A stretch of DNA of 64,000 nt. Source: an uncultured Actinomycetes bacterium. Its GTDB lineage: Bacteria; Actinomycetota; UBA4738; HRBIN12. The position numbers and the translations under genes are program-made. Position 1 is the stretch's first letter, and each line of letters begins with the position of its first letter. The stretch covers positions 1,026,096 through 1,090,095 of the forward strand of contig CAVQCI010000003.1 of the NCBI GenBank assembly GCA_963710985.1. The letters run 5' to 3'. Below the pieces are notes generated by a model. That model had not been told where the DNA came from and ran no database searches. It saw nothing but the letters and a program-made list of their open reading frames with translations. Below, piece after piece: positions 9,554 through 18,613 of the stretch.

Positions 9554-12409
9554 ATGGTGAGCGCCATCTCATGGCCGGTGGTGACGGAGCTCCACTTCGG
9601 ACCGATCCCGATCCGGCCGCACGGCATCCTGATCGCCGTTGGCTTCATCGCCGGCGGGCTCGTGATGCGCCGTTCGACTAGGCGCGCAGGGATCTCCGAC
9701 GACGATCTGTGGCGCGTCCTCGAGTGGGGGCTCATGGGCGGCGTGATCGGGATGCGCATGGCGTGGGACCTCGGACACATCCGCGACATGCACTCGATCG
9801 TCGATTACGTCGCCGTCTGGAACGGCGGGATGAGTCTGCTCGGCGGACTGATCGGGGCGGTCGTCCTGGGCGGAGCCGTTGCACGCCGCGCAGGGCTGCC
9901 GCCGCTCCCGATGCTCGATATGGCCGCGGCTGGGCTCGCGCTGGGGATCGCGATCGGGCGCCTGAGCGATCTGATCATCGGCGACCATCTCGGGAAGCCG
10001 ACCTCCCTGCCGTGGGGCTTCTCCTATCAAGGCGGGATGCATCCGCTCGCAGGCGTGCCGGCTATGGGCACGGTCGTCCATCCGGTCGCGCTCTACGACC
10101 TGCTGCTCACGACAGTGCTCTTCATCGTCCTTCTGAGGTTCGCGCGTCGGCCGCGCGCGGTGGGCTCCGCGATCGCACTCTTCGTCCTCTGGTACGGGGG
10201 GAGTCGGATCCTCACAGACTTCCTGCGGACCGATCCCCGCCGGATCCTCGGTCTCACCGGGAGCCAACTCACCGCGATCGTCCTGGTCGCGGTCGTAGTG
10301 GTCGCGCTGCTCGTGCGTGCCCGCGGCTCACGTTCCACCCCTCGTCTCGCACCGCTCCCTCGGCGGGGCGCCGACCGAGAGCGCCGCCGTCGGGGAGGAG
10401 GCCTCTGTATGAACACCATCGGCAGGTACGCGCTGCTCCTCGCGCTCGCGTGCACGACGAGCAGCGCCGTGCTCGGCTACATCGGCGGCCGACGGCGACG
10501 GCCCTCGGCGACCCGCGCCGCCGAAGGGGGGCTGCGCGCCTCTGCGCTCCTGCTATCTGTCGCAGGGTTCGCCCTCTTCTACGCGCTCGTCACACGCGAC
10601 TTCTCGCTCGAGTACGTCGCCTCGTACACGAGCCGGGACCTTTCGCTCTTCTACACGCTCGGCGCGTTCTGGGCGGGACAGGCCGGATCGCTCCTCCTGT
10701 GGGCCTGGGTGCTCGCGATCTATGCGGCGGTGGTCGTCCGGCAGAACCGGACGCGCAACCGGGACCTGATGCCCTGGGTCGTGACGGTGATCGCGACCGT
10801 GCTGGCCTTCTTCACGTTCCTCGTCGTGTTCCTTTCGAACCCGTTCAACACGGTGGCTGCCGTGCCGCCCGACGGGCAGGGGTTGAATCCGTTGTTGCAG
10901 AACTACGGGCAGTGGATCCACCCGGTCACGCTCTACATGGGATACGTCGGGTTCGCGGTGCCGTTCGCGTTCGCGGTGGCGGCGCTCGCGACGGGCAATG
11001 TCGGCGACACCTGGATCCGCACCGTGCGCAAGTGGTCCCTGTGGGCGTGGCTCCTGCTCACGGTCGGGATCATGTTCGGAGCCCGCTGGGCATACGTCGA
11101 GCTCGGCTGGGGTGGCTTCTGGGGCTGGGACCCGGTCGAGAACGCGAGCCTGCTGCCGTGGCTCACCGGAACCGCGTACCTGCACTCGGTGATGATCCAA
11201 GAGAAACGCGGGATGTTGAAGGTCTGGAACGTCTTCCTGATCACCGCGACGTTCGCACTCTCGATCTTCGGCACGTTCCTGACGCGGTCCGGCGTCGTGT
11301 CGTCGGTCCACGCCTTCTCCGAGTCGAGCATCGGCCCGTTCCTGATCCTGGCGGTGGCCACTGTGGTCGTCGGGATGGGAACGCTGATCATCTGGCGGCT
11401 CCCGCTCCTGCAGGGCGAGCACCGGATCGACGCCGTCGTCTCGCGCGAAACGTCGTTCCTCGTGAACAACCTCCTGCTGCTCGGGATGGCGTTCACGGTG
11501 TTCTGGGGCACCATGTTCCCGCTCGTCGCGGAGGCCGTCCGCGGCGTGAAGGTGTCCGTCGGCGGTCCCTTCTTCGAGGCGTTGATGACGCCTCTCGCCG
11601 TTGGCCTGCTCGTGCTCGCCGGCGTCTGTCCGCTGCTCGCATGGCGGAAGGCGACGGGGAGGAACCTGCGTCGTAACTTCACAGGCCCAGCGATCGCCGG
11701 CGCGGTGGGGTGGGCTGTGCTCCTCGCGTGGTCCCGGGCGCAGCACCTGGGAGCCGACGCGATCGTCGCCCTGTCGATCTTCGTCATGGCGACGATCGTG
11801 CAGGAGTTCTGGCGCGGGACGCGAGCGCGTCGGACGACGCGGGGCGAGGGCTGGGGGCGCTCCTTCATCAACCTGTTCTCGCGCAACCCGCGCCGCTACG
11901 GCGGGTACGTGATCCACCTCGGGATCGTGATCCTGTTGACCGGCGTCGCGATCAACGCCTCGTACAAGGTGGAGTCGCGCCTCGCCGGCGTGGCGGTCGG
12001 GCAGTCCTCGACGGTGGGTGGCTACACGGTGACCCTGCGATCGCTCAGGACCGAGACGACGGCGACGCGACAGACGATCGTCGGGACCTTCAGTCTCCGC
12101 GACCCGAGCGGGCGCGACCTGGGGACCGTCGACGCGGAGAAGTCGTTCTATCCCAACCAGGATCAGCCGGCGACGGAGGTCGGGATCCGCTCCACGCCGT
12201 GGGCCGATCTCTACATCATCCTGTCGGACCCCGATCCGGCGCGTCAGATCGCGGCCGTCTCGTACCTCGTGAACCCCGGCATGTATTGGATCTGGCTGGG
12301 GGCGCTGATCGTCGTGATCGGCGGCGTGATCGTCGGGTGGCCCAGCACGCGACGCCCGGAGACGAAGGAGGTGCCCGATGCGGCGGAGTTCGCGCGGGCC
12401 GAGGCGTAG
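9554..12409 (+). CDS. ccmF: Single 951-aa ORF: Lgt (prolipoprotein diacylglyceryl transferase) domain fused in frame to CcmF-type heme lyase
   Basis: Residues 1-270 carry Lgt motifs (HGILIAVGF, GGMSLLGGLIG, IGRLSDLIIGDHLGKPTSLPWGF, HPVALYD). From the ATG at 10409 (preceded by GGGGAGGAGG) the protein is CcmF, with WGGFWGWDPVENASLLPWL. There is no in-frame stop between the two parts. Confidence 0.8.
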   Translation: MVSAISWPVVTELHFGPIPIRPHGILIAVGFIAGGLVMRRSTRRAGISDDDLWRVLEWGLMGGVIGMRMAWDLGHIRDMHSIVDYVAVWNGGMSLLGGLIGAVVLGGAVARRAGLPPLPMLDMAAAGLALGIAIGRLSDLIIGDHLGKPTSLPWGFSYQGGMHPLAGVPAMGTVVHPVALYDLLLTTVLFIVLLRFARRPRAVGSAIALFVLWYGGSRILTDFLRTDPRRILGLTGSQLTAIVLVAVVVVALLVRARGSRSTPRLAPLPRRGADRERRRRGGGLCMNTIGRYALLLALACTTSSAVLGYIGGRRRRPSATRAAEGGLRASALLLSVAGFALFYALVTRDFSLEYVASYTSRDLSLFYTLGAFWAGQAGSLLLWAWVLAIYAAVVVRQNRTRNRDLMPWVVTVIATVLAFFTFLVVFLSNPFNTVAAVPPDGQGLNPLLQNYGQWIHPVTLYMGYVGFAVPFAFAVAALATGNVGDTWIRTVRKWSLWAWLLLTVGIMFGARWAYVELGWGGFWGWDPVENASLLPWLTGTAYLHSVMIQEKRGMLKVWNVFLITATFALSIFGTFLTRSGVVSSVHAFSESSIGPFLILAVATVVVGMGTLIIWRLPLLQGEHRIDAVVSRETSFLVNNLLLLGMAFTVFWGTMFPLVAEAVRGVKVSVGGPFFEALMTPLAVGLLVLAGVCPLLAWRKATGRNLRRNFTGPAIAGAVGWAVLLAWSRAQHLGADAIVALSIFVMATIVQEFWRGTRARRTTRGEGWGRSFINLFSRNPRRYGGYVIHLGIVILLTGVAINASYKVESRLAGVAVGQSSTVGGYTVTLRSLRTETTATRQTIVGTFSLRDPSGRDLGTVDAEKSFYPNQDQPATEVGIRSTPWADLYIILSDPDPARQIAAVSYLVNPGMYWIWLGALIVVIGGVIVGWPSTRRPETKEVPDAAEFARAEA

Positions 12410-12977
12410 GTATAGCCGGGTGGCTTCGGGGATCGCCGCCGCGGCGCTGGTCGGCGCCGTCGCCGCGATCGTCGTGTTCGGTGCGTTCCCGCACGTAGCG
12501 ATGGCGGGGACGATGTACGACGTCGCCCAGGTGTCGACCGCGCCGAGCATGGCTCCCCACGACGCCCAGGAGATCCCGGTCAGCGACGGGCTCAAGCGTG
12601 TGCTGCAGGGGCTCTTGTGCCAGTGCGGCTGCAACCTGGACGCCTACGGTTGCCAGCAGACGATGACCTGCAAGGTCTCGAGCGCGATGTGGCGTCAGGC
12701 CGCGCGGATGGTCGATCGCGACGGGAAGACGCCGACGGAGGCGCTGCAGTTGTTCGCCGCCGACTACGGCGAGTACGTCCTGGCCTCGCCAACGAAGGAG
12801 GGCTTCAACCTGACCGTGTGGGTTCTGCCGTTCGTCGCACTCCTGGTCGGAGGTGTGGTACTCGCCTTCGCTTTGCGCGGGTGGCGTCGCACGCCGCGAC
12901 CGATCGAGGCCGAAGCCCCAACCCTGGATCCCGCCCTCCGGGACCGGATCGAGCGTGAGCTGTTCGAGGAGGACTAG
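12378..12977 (+). CDS. ccmH: CcmH/NrfF-like cytochrome c biogenesis protein
   Basis: GAAGGAGG lies 6 nt before the ATG. The Cys motif LLCQCGC is followed by MWRQAARMVDRDGKTPTEALQLFAADYGEYVL and a C-terminal TM helix, matching CcmH architecture. Confidence 0.75.
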   Translation: MRRSSRGPRRRYSRVASGIAAAALVGAVAAIVVFGAFPHVAMAGTMYDVAQVSTAPSMAPHDAQEIPVSDGLKRVLQGLLCQCGCNLDAYGCQQTMTCKVSSAMWRQAARMVDRDGKTPTEALQLFAADYGEYVLASPTKEGFNLTVWVLPFVALLVGGVVLAFALRGWRRTPRPIEAEAPTLDPALRDRIERELFEED

Positions 12978-13442
12978 ATGCTGCTCGTAACGATCGTCTC
13001 GTTCGCGCTGTTCATAGCCGCGGTGACGATGATCGCAGCGCCGCTGTTGCGCCCCGACCCTGCAGATGTCCCCGATGAAGGCGACGACTTGTCTCCACGA
13101 CGGCAGCGCCTGCTCACGGACATCCGTGAGCTCGACCATGATCTGGCGACCGGCAAGCTCGACACCATCGATCACGAACGATTCCGGGCGACCGCCCTCG
13201 CCGAGCTCGCGAGCACGATCGAGGCGATGGATCAAGCCGGTCCGCCGATAGATGACGCTCGCGAGCCCGACGGCGAGGCGTTCGATGTTGATGCCTGGCT
13301 CGAATCCAAGATCGCCGAACGCAGGCAGACGCTGCAAGCCTCGCCCTGTTGCCCGGAGTGTGAGGCTCCGCGCGACCCGGGCGACGCGTTCTGCCGCCGG
13401 TGCGGCGCTCCCGCGTTCGCACGCGCGACGAAGGTGACGTAG
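12978..13442 (+). CDS. CcmI-like N-terminal module with C-terminal zinc ribbon
   Basis: The ATG directly follows the ccmH stop. An N-terminal TM helix is followed by RRQRLLTDIRELDHDLATGKLD (like the CcmI N-domain). The C-terminus is CPECEAPRDPGDAFCRRCG. Confidence 0.55.
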   Translation: MLLVTIVSFALFIAAVTMIAAPLLRPDPADVPDEGDDLSPRRQRLLTDIRELDHDLATGKLDTIDHERFRATALAELASTIEAMDQAGPPIDDAREPDGEAFDVDAWLESKIAERRQTLQASPCCPECEAPRDPGDAFCRRCGAPAFARATKVT

Positions 13443-13444
13443 CC

Positions 13445-14053
13445 GTGAGAACCGTCGATCAGCACCAAACAGCGCAGGATACGGACGAGCCGGGCGGAGA
13501 GACCGGCCGCGTCACGAAGCGCAGTGGCCGCTTCACCTCGATCGTCGTATCGATCGTGATCGGCGGTCTCATGCTTGGCGTCTTAGCGGCCGCAGCCAAG
13601 GTCAAAGGAGGTCCTCAGCTCGCCGCGAACCCCTCGGGCCCGGCCCCGGACTTCACCCGGCCGCTCCTGGAGGGCGAGGGTTCGATCACCCTGTCCGATC
13701 TTCGAGGACACCCCGTCCTGCTCAACTTCTGGGCGTCGTGGTGCGGGCCGTGCAGGGACGAGGCCCCCGTCCTCGCAGCGGGGTGGACGAAGTGGCGCGA
13801 CAGCGGCGTCATCTTCCTCGGAGTCGACACGCGAGACAGCAGGAGCGCTGCGATCGAGTTCGAGCGGCGCTACGGGGTGGAGTACCAGAGCGTCGTCGAC
13901 GAGAACGAGGAGGTCAACTACGCATACGGCGTGACCGGGTTCCCGGAGTCGTTCTTCATCGACGCTCGAGGTCAGATCGTCGCCAAGTACGTCGGGCCGA
14001 TGGATACGCCGACGCTCGATGCGTACGTCTCGATGCTGGTCAAGGGATCGTAA
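13445..14053 (+). CDS. TlpA/ResA/CcmG-like membrane-anchored thiol:disulfide oxidoreductase
   Basis: Contains FWASWCGPCRDEAP (a thioredoxin-type CxxC active site) after a TM anchor. GTG at 13445 was chosen because it follows the upstream stop; an ATG at 13400 is also possible. Confidence 0.85.
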   Translation: MRTVDQHQTAQDTDEPGGETGRVTKRSGRFTSIVVSIVIGGLMLGVLAAAAKVKGGPQLAANPSGPAPDFTRPLLEGEGSITLSDLRGHPVLLNFWASWCGPCRDEAPVLAAGWTKWRDSGVIFLGVDTRDSRSAAIEFERRYGVEYQSVVDENEEVNYAYGVTGFPESFFIDARGQIVAKYVGPMDTPTLDAYVSMLVKGS

Positions 14054-14065
14054 GGAGGCGTGACC

Positions 14066-14746
14066 GTGCAACGAGCCAACGTCGCGATCTTCCTCACGGC
14101 CGTCGCGTTGATCGGTCTCGCGCCGCTCATCCTTGCCGTGGCATCCGTCGCTCGTCGCCGCGCAGATGGCGGGGGCGCTGGACGACGTGGCCGGCGCCGG
14201 CTCGCCGTCGCCGGGATGGCGAGCCTACTGCTCGTTGGAGTCACGGTCCTGGCAGCGTGGGCACTCGCGGGCAGGACGCAACCGGGGGCCGGATCTGCGT
14301 CGGGCATGCGGGGGATGGGCGCCGGTTCCGGCGGGATGTCGACCCACGTGCGCGTACCTCGCACGCTCGCGGGGCTCAAGATCACGGCTCTCACGCGTGG
14401 TGATGATGCGATCGCCGAAGTCACCACACTCCACGGCTCGGCGTTCCCGCTCGTCGATGCCGCTGTCGCCCGGTACGGAGACCGGGTCGACGTGTGGGTG
14501 TCGTCTGCGCCCGACGTCGCGACCGCCCGGCGAGAGGTCGACGAGATGCGCATCCGGATCGCCGACGGGGGAACGCCGTTCGCCACACCGACCCTCGTCC
14601 GCACCGCAGGACGCGTGTTCACCACCTCGGGGATGGGGGAGCGGCACTTCTTCTTCTCGTCCGGTCGCGACGTCTGGTGGATCAGCGCTCCTGGGCCGTT
14701 CGCGGAGGCGGCGCTCCATGACCTCATGGGAGGAGCAGCGGCATGA
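14066..14746 (+). CDS. Hypothetical membrane protein (2 TM helices plus soluble domain)
   Basis: AGGAGG lies 7 nt before the GTG at 14066 (alternative GTG at 14060). The gene is translationally coupled to its neighbours. I recognised no family. Confidence 0.55.
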   Translation: MQRANVAIFLTAVALIGLAPLILAVASVARRRADGGGAGRRGRRRLAVAGMASLLLVGVTVLAAWALAGRTQPGAGSASGMRGMGAGSGGMSTHVRVPRTLAGLKITALTRGDDAIAEVTTLHGSAFPLVDAAVARYGDRVDVWVSSAPDVATARREVDEMRIRIADGGTPFATPTLVRTAGRVFTTSGMGERHFFFSSGRDVWWISAPGPFAEAALHDLMGGAAA

Positions 14747-15090
14747 TGACCATCCATCTCCTCGGCGGTGTGGGGCTTGCCGTGCTCGCGATCGCGACGG
14801 CGGCCGCGTTCCTCGTACGTCGAGCCGTTCCGCGCGCGACCCTCGCTGCCTGGGCGCTCGCCCTGCTCCTCGTGCAGGTGGCGACGGGCATGCTTCTGCT
14901 CACCGCGACGAACGAGGGTCCAGGCCCCGTCCACGTCGCGGTGCCGCTGGCCGCTCTCGCGGTCGCAGGCGCGGCGCGGTTCTTCTCGTCCATGCGAGGG
15001 CGGGGTGGCACAGCGGTGCTCAGCGCGGCATACGCCTTCGTGGCGTTCGCGGCGCTCGTCGCCCTCGCAACGGGTCTGGCAGGCGGGTGA
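14743..15090 (+). CDS. Hypothetical integral membrane protein
   Basis: ATGA overlap with the upstream gene; 115 aa with four hydrophobic helices. Confidence 0.55.
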   Translation: MMTIHLLGGVGLAVLAIATAAAFLVRRAVPRATLAAWALALLLVQVATGMLLLTATNEGPGPVHVAVPLAALAVAGAARFFSSMRGRGGTAVLSAAYAFVAFAALVALATGLAGG

Positions 15091-15159
15091 GAATCCGATG
15101 ACACGATCCTGGAACGAGGGTGGCGTACCCTGCCTTCGATGAGGATGGGTGTCTGAACC

Positions 15160-15861
15160 TTGGGCGCGGCGACGATCCTCGTGGTCGACGACGAGCAGAA
15201 GATCCGCGACACCGTCCGGCAGTACCTCGAGCACGACGGGTACTCGGTGCTGGTCGCGGACAGTGGTCAGCGCGCGCTCGAGATCTTCGCTCGCTCGGAG
15301 CCGGACCTGATCGTCTTGGATCTGATGCTGCCCGATCTGTCGGGGCAGGAGGTGGCCCGCGCTATCCGCGAGTTGGCGCCGACGCCCATCATCATGCTGA
15401 CCGCGAAGTCGACCGAGGACGACCGCGTACAGGGCCTGAAGCTCGGTGCTGACGACTACCTCGTGAAGCCGTTCTCGCCGCGCGAGCTGATGGCACGCAT
15501 CGAAGCGGTTCTGCGACGAACGTCGAACCACGGCGATCGGCCGGGGGCGATGTCGTTCGAAGGTGGCAAGCTCTCGATCGATCGCGAGGCGCGCGAGGTG
15601 ACCGTGGAGGGGGAGTTCGTGGAGCTCACCCGGAGCGAGTTCGACCTCCTCCTCGCCCTCGCGTCGCGGCCCGGTCGCGTGTTCTCTCGGTACGAGCTCG
15701 TCACGCGCGTCCAGGGTTACGACTACGAAGGCTATGAGCGCACGATCGATGCGCACGTGAAGAACGTCCGACGGAAGCTGCGCGATGACCCGAAGCACCC
15801 TCGCTACCTGGTCACCGTGACCGGCGTCGGCTACAAGCTCGGCGTGAAAGCCGATGGGTAG
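15160..15861 (+). CDS. OmpR-family response regulator
   Basis: Receiver motifs ILVVDDE, DLIVLDLMLPD and LTAK, followed by a winged-helix output domain (TVTGVGYKL). Confidence 0.9.
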   Translation: MGAATILVVDDEQKIRDTVRQYLEHDGYSVLVADSGQRALEIFARSEPDLIVLDLMLPDLSGQEVARAIRELAPTPIIMLTAKSTEDDRVQGLKLGADDYLVKPFSPRELMARIEAVLRRTSNHGDRPGAMSFEGGKLSIDREAREVTVEGEFVELTRSEFDLLLALASRPGRVFSRYELVTRVQGYDYEGYERTIDAHVKNVRRKLRDDPKHPRYLVTVTGVGYKLGVKADG

Positions 15862-17248
15862 GTCCTACCGGCTCCGGCTGGTCGCGGCCTTCGCCGGCGT
15901 CGGGATAGGGGCGGCGGCCCTGACCGCTCTGCTCGTGAACGCTGCCTTCAGTCCGAGGTTCGACCTGTACGTCCAGCAGCAGCGGCAGGTCCACGAGCAG
16001 CAGATGCAGGCGGCGCTGGCTGATTCCTACGCGAAGATGGGCGGATGGAACACCGCTGACCTCAACGGACTCGCCCCGTTGGCGTTGATGGACGGTGGGA
16101 CGCTCCGGCTCCTCGACGCGCAAGGGCGACAGGTGTGGGACGCGTCCGCCGGTCCAGGCTCGCGACTCGCTCAGATGCAGCACACGATGAGTGGGGGATC
16201 GACGCTCGGGCCTGAGGACCGGGTGCCGGTCACGGTCGGCCACAACACAGTCGGTACCGCCGTGATCAGGTTCCCGGTGTCCGGGCTGCTTCCGCAGGAC
16301 CAAGCGTTCCGCGCGTCGGTGAACCGGCTGCTCGTCCTCGGTGGCATCGCCGCCGCCGTGTTCGCCGTGATCGCCGGAGCCGTCCTCGCTCGTCGGGCCG
16401 TGCGTCCCGCCCTGGAACTGACCGAGGTCGCGAGGTCCGTCGCCGCCGGTGACCGGTCTCTTCGTGTGGTCCCCGACGCGACCGAGGAGTTCGCGGCGAT
16501 GGCGCGCGCGTTCAACCAGATGGCGGACACGGTCGCCGAGGAAGACGAGCTTCGCCGAACGTTCGCGGCCGACGTCGCCCATGAACTCCGTACCCCGCTG
16601 GCGGTCTTGCTCAGCCAGGTCGAAGGGATGCAGGACGGCGTGATCGGCGCCGACCCCGTTGCGCTTTCTTCGCTGCACGAGGAGACGCTCCGCATCGGGC
16701 GGCTGGTCGCCGACCTCGAGACCCTCGCGTCCGCCGACGCCGCCGGCTTCACCCTCGCACCCGTGCAAACCGACCTCGACGTCCTCCTCGGGGACGTCGC
16801 CGCCGAGTTCGCCGGCCTCGCGGATGCGCGCAACGTCGCGATCACCGTCGATACGGAGCCCCTTAGCCTCGTCCTCGACCCGAGTCGCATCAAGCAGGTG
16901 GTCGCCAACCTCGTCTCGAACGCGGTGAAGTTCACACCGGAGGGCGGCGCCGTCTCGCTATGGCTTCGCCGCGAGGGGGACGAGGCGTGCGTCGCTGTTA
17001 CCGACACGGGTCCGGGCATCCCCGAGGATGAGCTGCCCCATGTCTTCGAGCGGTTCTTCCGTGGACGCGATGTGCGCGCAGGTGGTTCCGGGATCGGTCT
17101 GAGCGTCGCGCGTGAGTTGGTAGTGGCGCACCACGGCTCGCTCAGCGTCACGAGCCGCGCCGGCCAGGGCGCTCGATTCGAGATGAGGCTGCCGGTGAGT
17201 ACGCCCGTCGCGGCGACCACGGCGCAGACGTCCGACCGCTCGAGCTGA
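15854..17248 (+). CDS. Sensor histidine kinase (TM, HAMP, HisKA, HATPase_c)
   Basis: H-box FAADVAHELRTPLAV, N-box NLVSNAVKFTP and G-boxes DTGPGI and GSGIGLSVA. Overlaps the response regulator stop. Confidence 0.9.
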   Translation: MGRSYRLRLVAAFAGVGIGAAALTALLVNAAFSPRFDLYVQQQRQVHEQQMQAALADSYAKMGGWNTADLNGLAPLALMDGGTLRLLDAQGRQVWDASAGPGSRLAQMQHTMSGGSTLGPEDRVPVTVGHNTVGTAVIRFPVSGLLPQDQAFRASVNRLLVLGGIAAAVFAVIAGAVLARRAVRPALELTEVARSVAAGDRSLRVVPDATEEFAAMARAFNQMADTVAEEDELRRTFAADVAHELRTPLAVLLSQVEGMQDGVIGADPVALSSLHEETLRIGRLVADLETLASADAAGFTLAPVQTDLDVLLGDVAAEFAGLADARNVAITVDTEPLSLVLDPSRIKQVVANLVSNAVKFTPEGGAVSLWLRREGDEACVAVTDTGPGIPEDELPHVFERFFRGRDVRAGGSGIGLSVARELVVAHHGSLSVTSRAGQGARFEMRLPVSTPVAATTAQTSDRSS

Positions 17249-17342
17249 CGGTTCCATCGCCGCGAAGGTCGCGTCGTTCGCGCACAGGCCCTTCACGGCG
17301 CGTTCACACGCTTGTCCGAAGTTGCATGGCGGAAGGTACGCC

Positions 17343-17699
17343 ATGAAGACCCGGACGCTGGTGATCGCAGGAACGCTCGCGGCGACGGTCCTCGTCTTGC
17401 TCGTCGTGCTCGGCTGGCCGAGGCCGGCGACCGAGACGCAACCACCTGCGGGATCGATCTCTGCACCCGAAGCCCAGTTGATCTGGTATGCGATGCAGTG
17501 GCACGACTCCGCAGTGAGCTCTGGCGACCGCGGAGGTGCGGCGACGCCGTGTCGTCTCCACCGGCTCGGGCTCAACGTGACGACCACCCTCCACCGAACC
17601 ATCCCTTCTCTCTCTGAGCTGGGCCCGGCGCGGCTGAGTGGCCACACCCGGTTCCAGACAGGGTGGGAGGCAGTGCCGAGCGAAAGGGCCGAGAGATGA
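17343..17699 (+). CDS. Small membrane-anchored hypothetical protein
   Basis: GGAAGG lies 8 nt before the ATG. N-terminal anchor is MKTRTLVIAGTLAATVLVLLVVL. The stop overlaps the next start (ATGA at 17696-17699). Confidence 0.45.
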   Translation: MKTRTLVIAGTLAATVLVLLVVLGWPRPATETQPPAGSISAPEAQLIWYAMQWHDSAVSSGDRGGAATPCRLHRLGLNVTTTLHRTIPSLSELGPARLSGHTRFQTGWEAVPSERAER

Positions 17700-18355
17700 C
17701 ATCGCGAACGGCATCGCACGCGACCGACCATCGCGCGAACCACAAGACCGCCGCCATCCGCAAGGCCGAGCGTCGCCGCGCGGCGGAGCGTCGAGCGGCG
17801 CGCAAGCGTGCGCTGCAGATCACGGGTGCGATCGTCGTCGTCGCCGCGCTCGGGTACCTCGCGACGCGGAGCTCGTCGGGGGAGAAGGCTCCGCCGGTCT
17901 CGCTGGCAGGTATCCGAGCGGTGTCGAACACCGAGTTCCCGGCGAGCGACGGCAAGTCGGTGACCCTGTCGCAGTTCGCGGGAAGCCCCCTCGTCCTCTA
18001 CTTCTACGAAGGGCAGTCCTGCGGCGCGTGTCAGACGCAATTGGCCGACATCCAGAAGGAGTTCCCGCAACTCCAGGCGACTGGTGCGCACGTGCTGGGC
18101 GTCACGACGGACCCCGTTGACGTCTCGGCCTCGGTCGCGTCGCAGCTCGGGCTCTCGTATCCGATCGTCGAGGACGTCGATCACCAACTCGGTTCGGCGA
18201 TGGGAACGTTCGAGGCGAGTGGCCACATGGGCCCGGCAGACCAGCACTCCGTCGTCGTGCTGGGCGCCGACGGATCCGTCGCGTGGCGCCAACTCGCGGG
18301 GACGACGATGTACGTGGCCCCGGACGCGATCTTGAGCGCCGTGAAGGGGGCATAG
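17696..18355 (+). CDS. Membrane-anchored AhpC/TSA-type redoxin
   Basis: A TM anchor is followed by a thioredoxin fold with LVLYFYEGQSCGACQTQL and VLGVTTDP. Confidence 0.75.
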   Translation: MTSRTASHATDHRANHKTAAIRKAERRRAAERRAARKRALQITGAIVVVAALGYLATRSSSGEKAPPVSLAGIRAVSNTEFPASDGKSVTLSQFAGSPLVLYFYEGQSCGACQTQLADIQKEFPQLQATGAHVLGVTTDPVDVSASVASQLGLSYPIVEDVDHQLGSAMGTFEASGHMGPADQHSVVVLGADGSVAWRQLAGTTMYVAPDAILSAVKGA

Positions 18356-18613
18356 ATGACCTCCTCACTCCGCTATCTGACGTCGCCGGACTGCCACCTG
18401 TGTGAGCGCGGGAGGGACATCGCCGAGAAGCTCGCCGACGAGGCTGGGATCGAGCTCGTCGAACTCACATGGACCGAGCCGTGGGCACGCGAGCGGATCG
18501 AGCGAGATGCCGTGGCCTTCCCCCCGGCGCTCTACCTCGAAGATAGGCTCCTCGGGTACGGCCGCCTCTCAGAGCGCCGCCTCCGCAAACTCGTGATGGC
18601 GGTGCCCGCATGA
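18356..18613 (+). CDS. Glutaredoxin-like small thioredoxin-fold protein (DUF836-like)
   Basis: 85 aa with CHLC near the N-terminus. The ATG directly follows the upstream TAG. Confidence 0.65.
   Translation: MTSSLRYLTSPDCHLCERGRDIAEKLADEAGIELVELTWTEPWARERIERDAVAFPPALYLEDRLLGYGRLSERRLRKLVMAVPA

Noticed and set aside
10553-12634. Very long antisense ORFs. Examples are 10553-12634(-), 13972-15798(-), 16171-17220(-), 41823-43100(-), 4053-4838(-), 40434-41426(+), 33566-34912(+) and 9709-11676(+).
   Set aside because: They are Arg/Pro/Gly-rich with no recognisable motifs, and each mirrors a well-supported gene on the other strand or frame. This is the usual shadow-ORF effect of high GC3.
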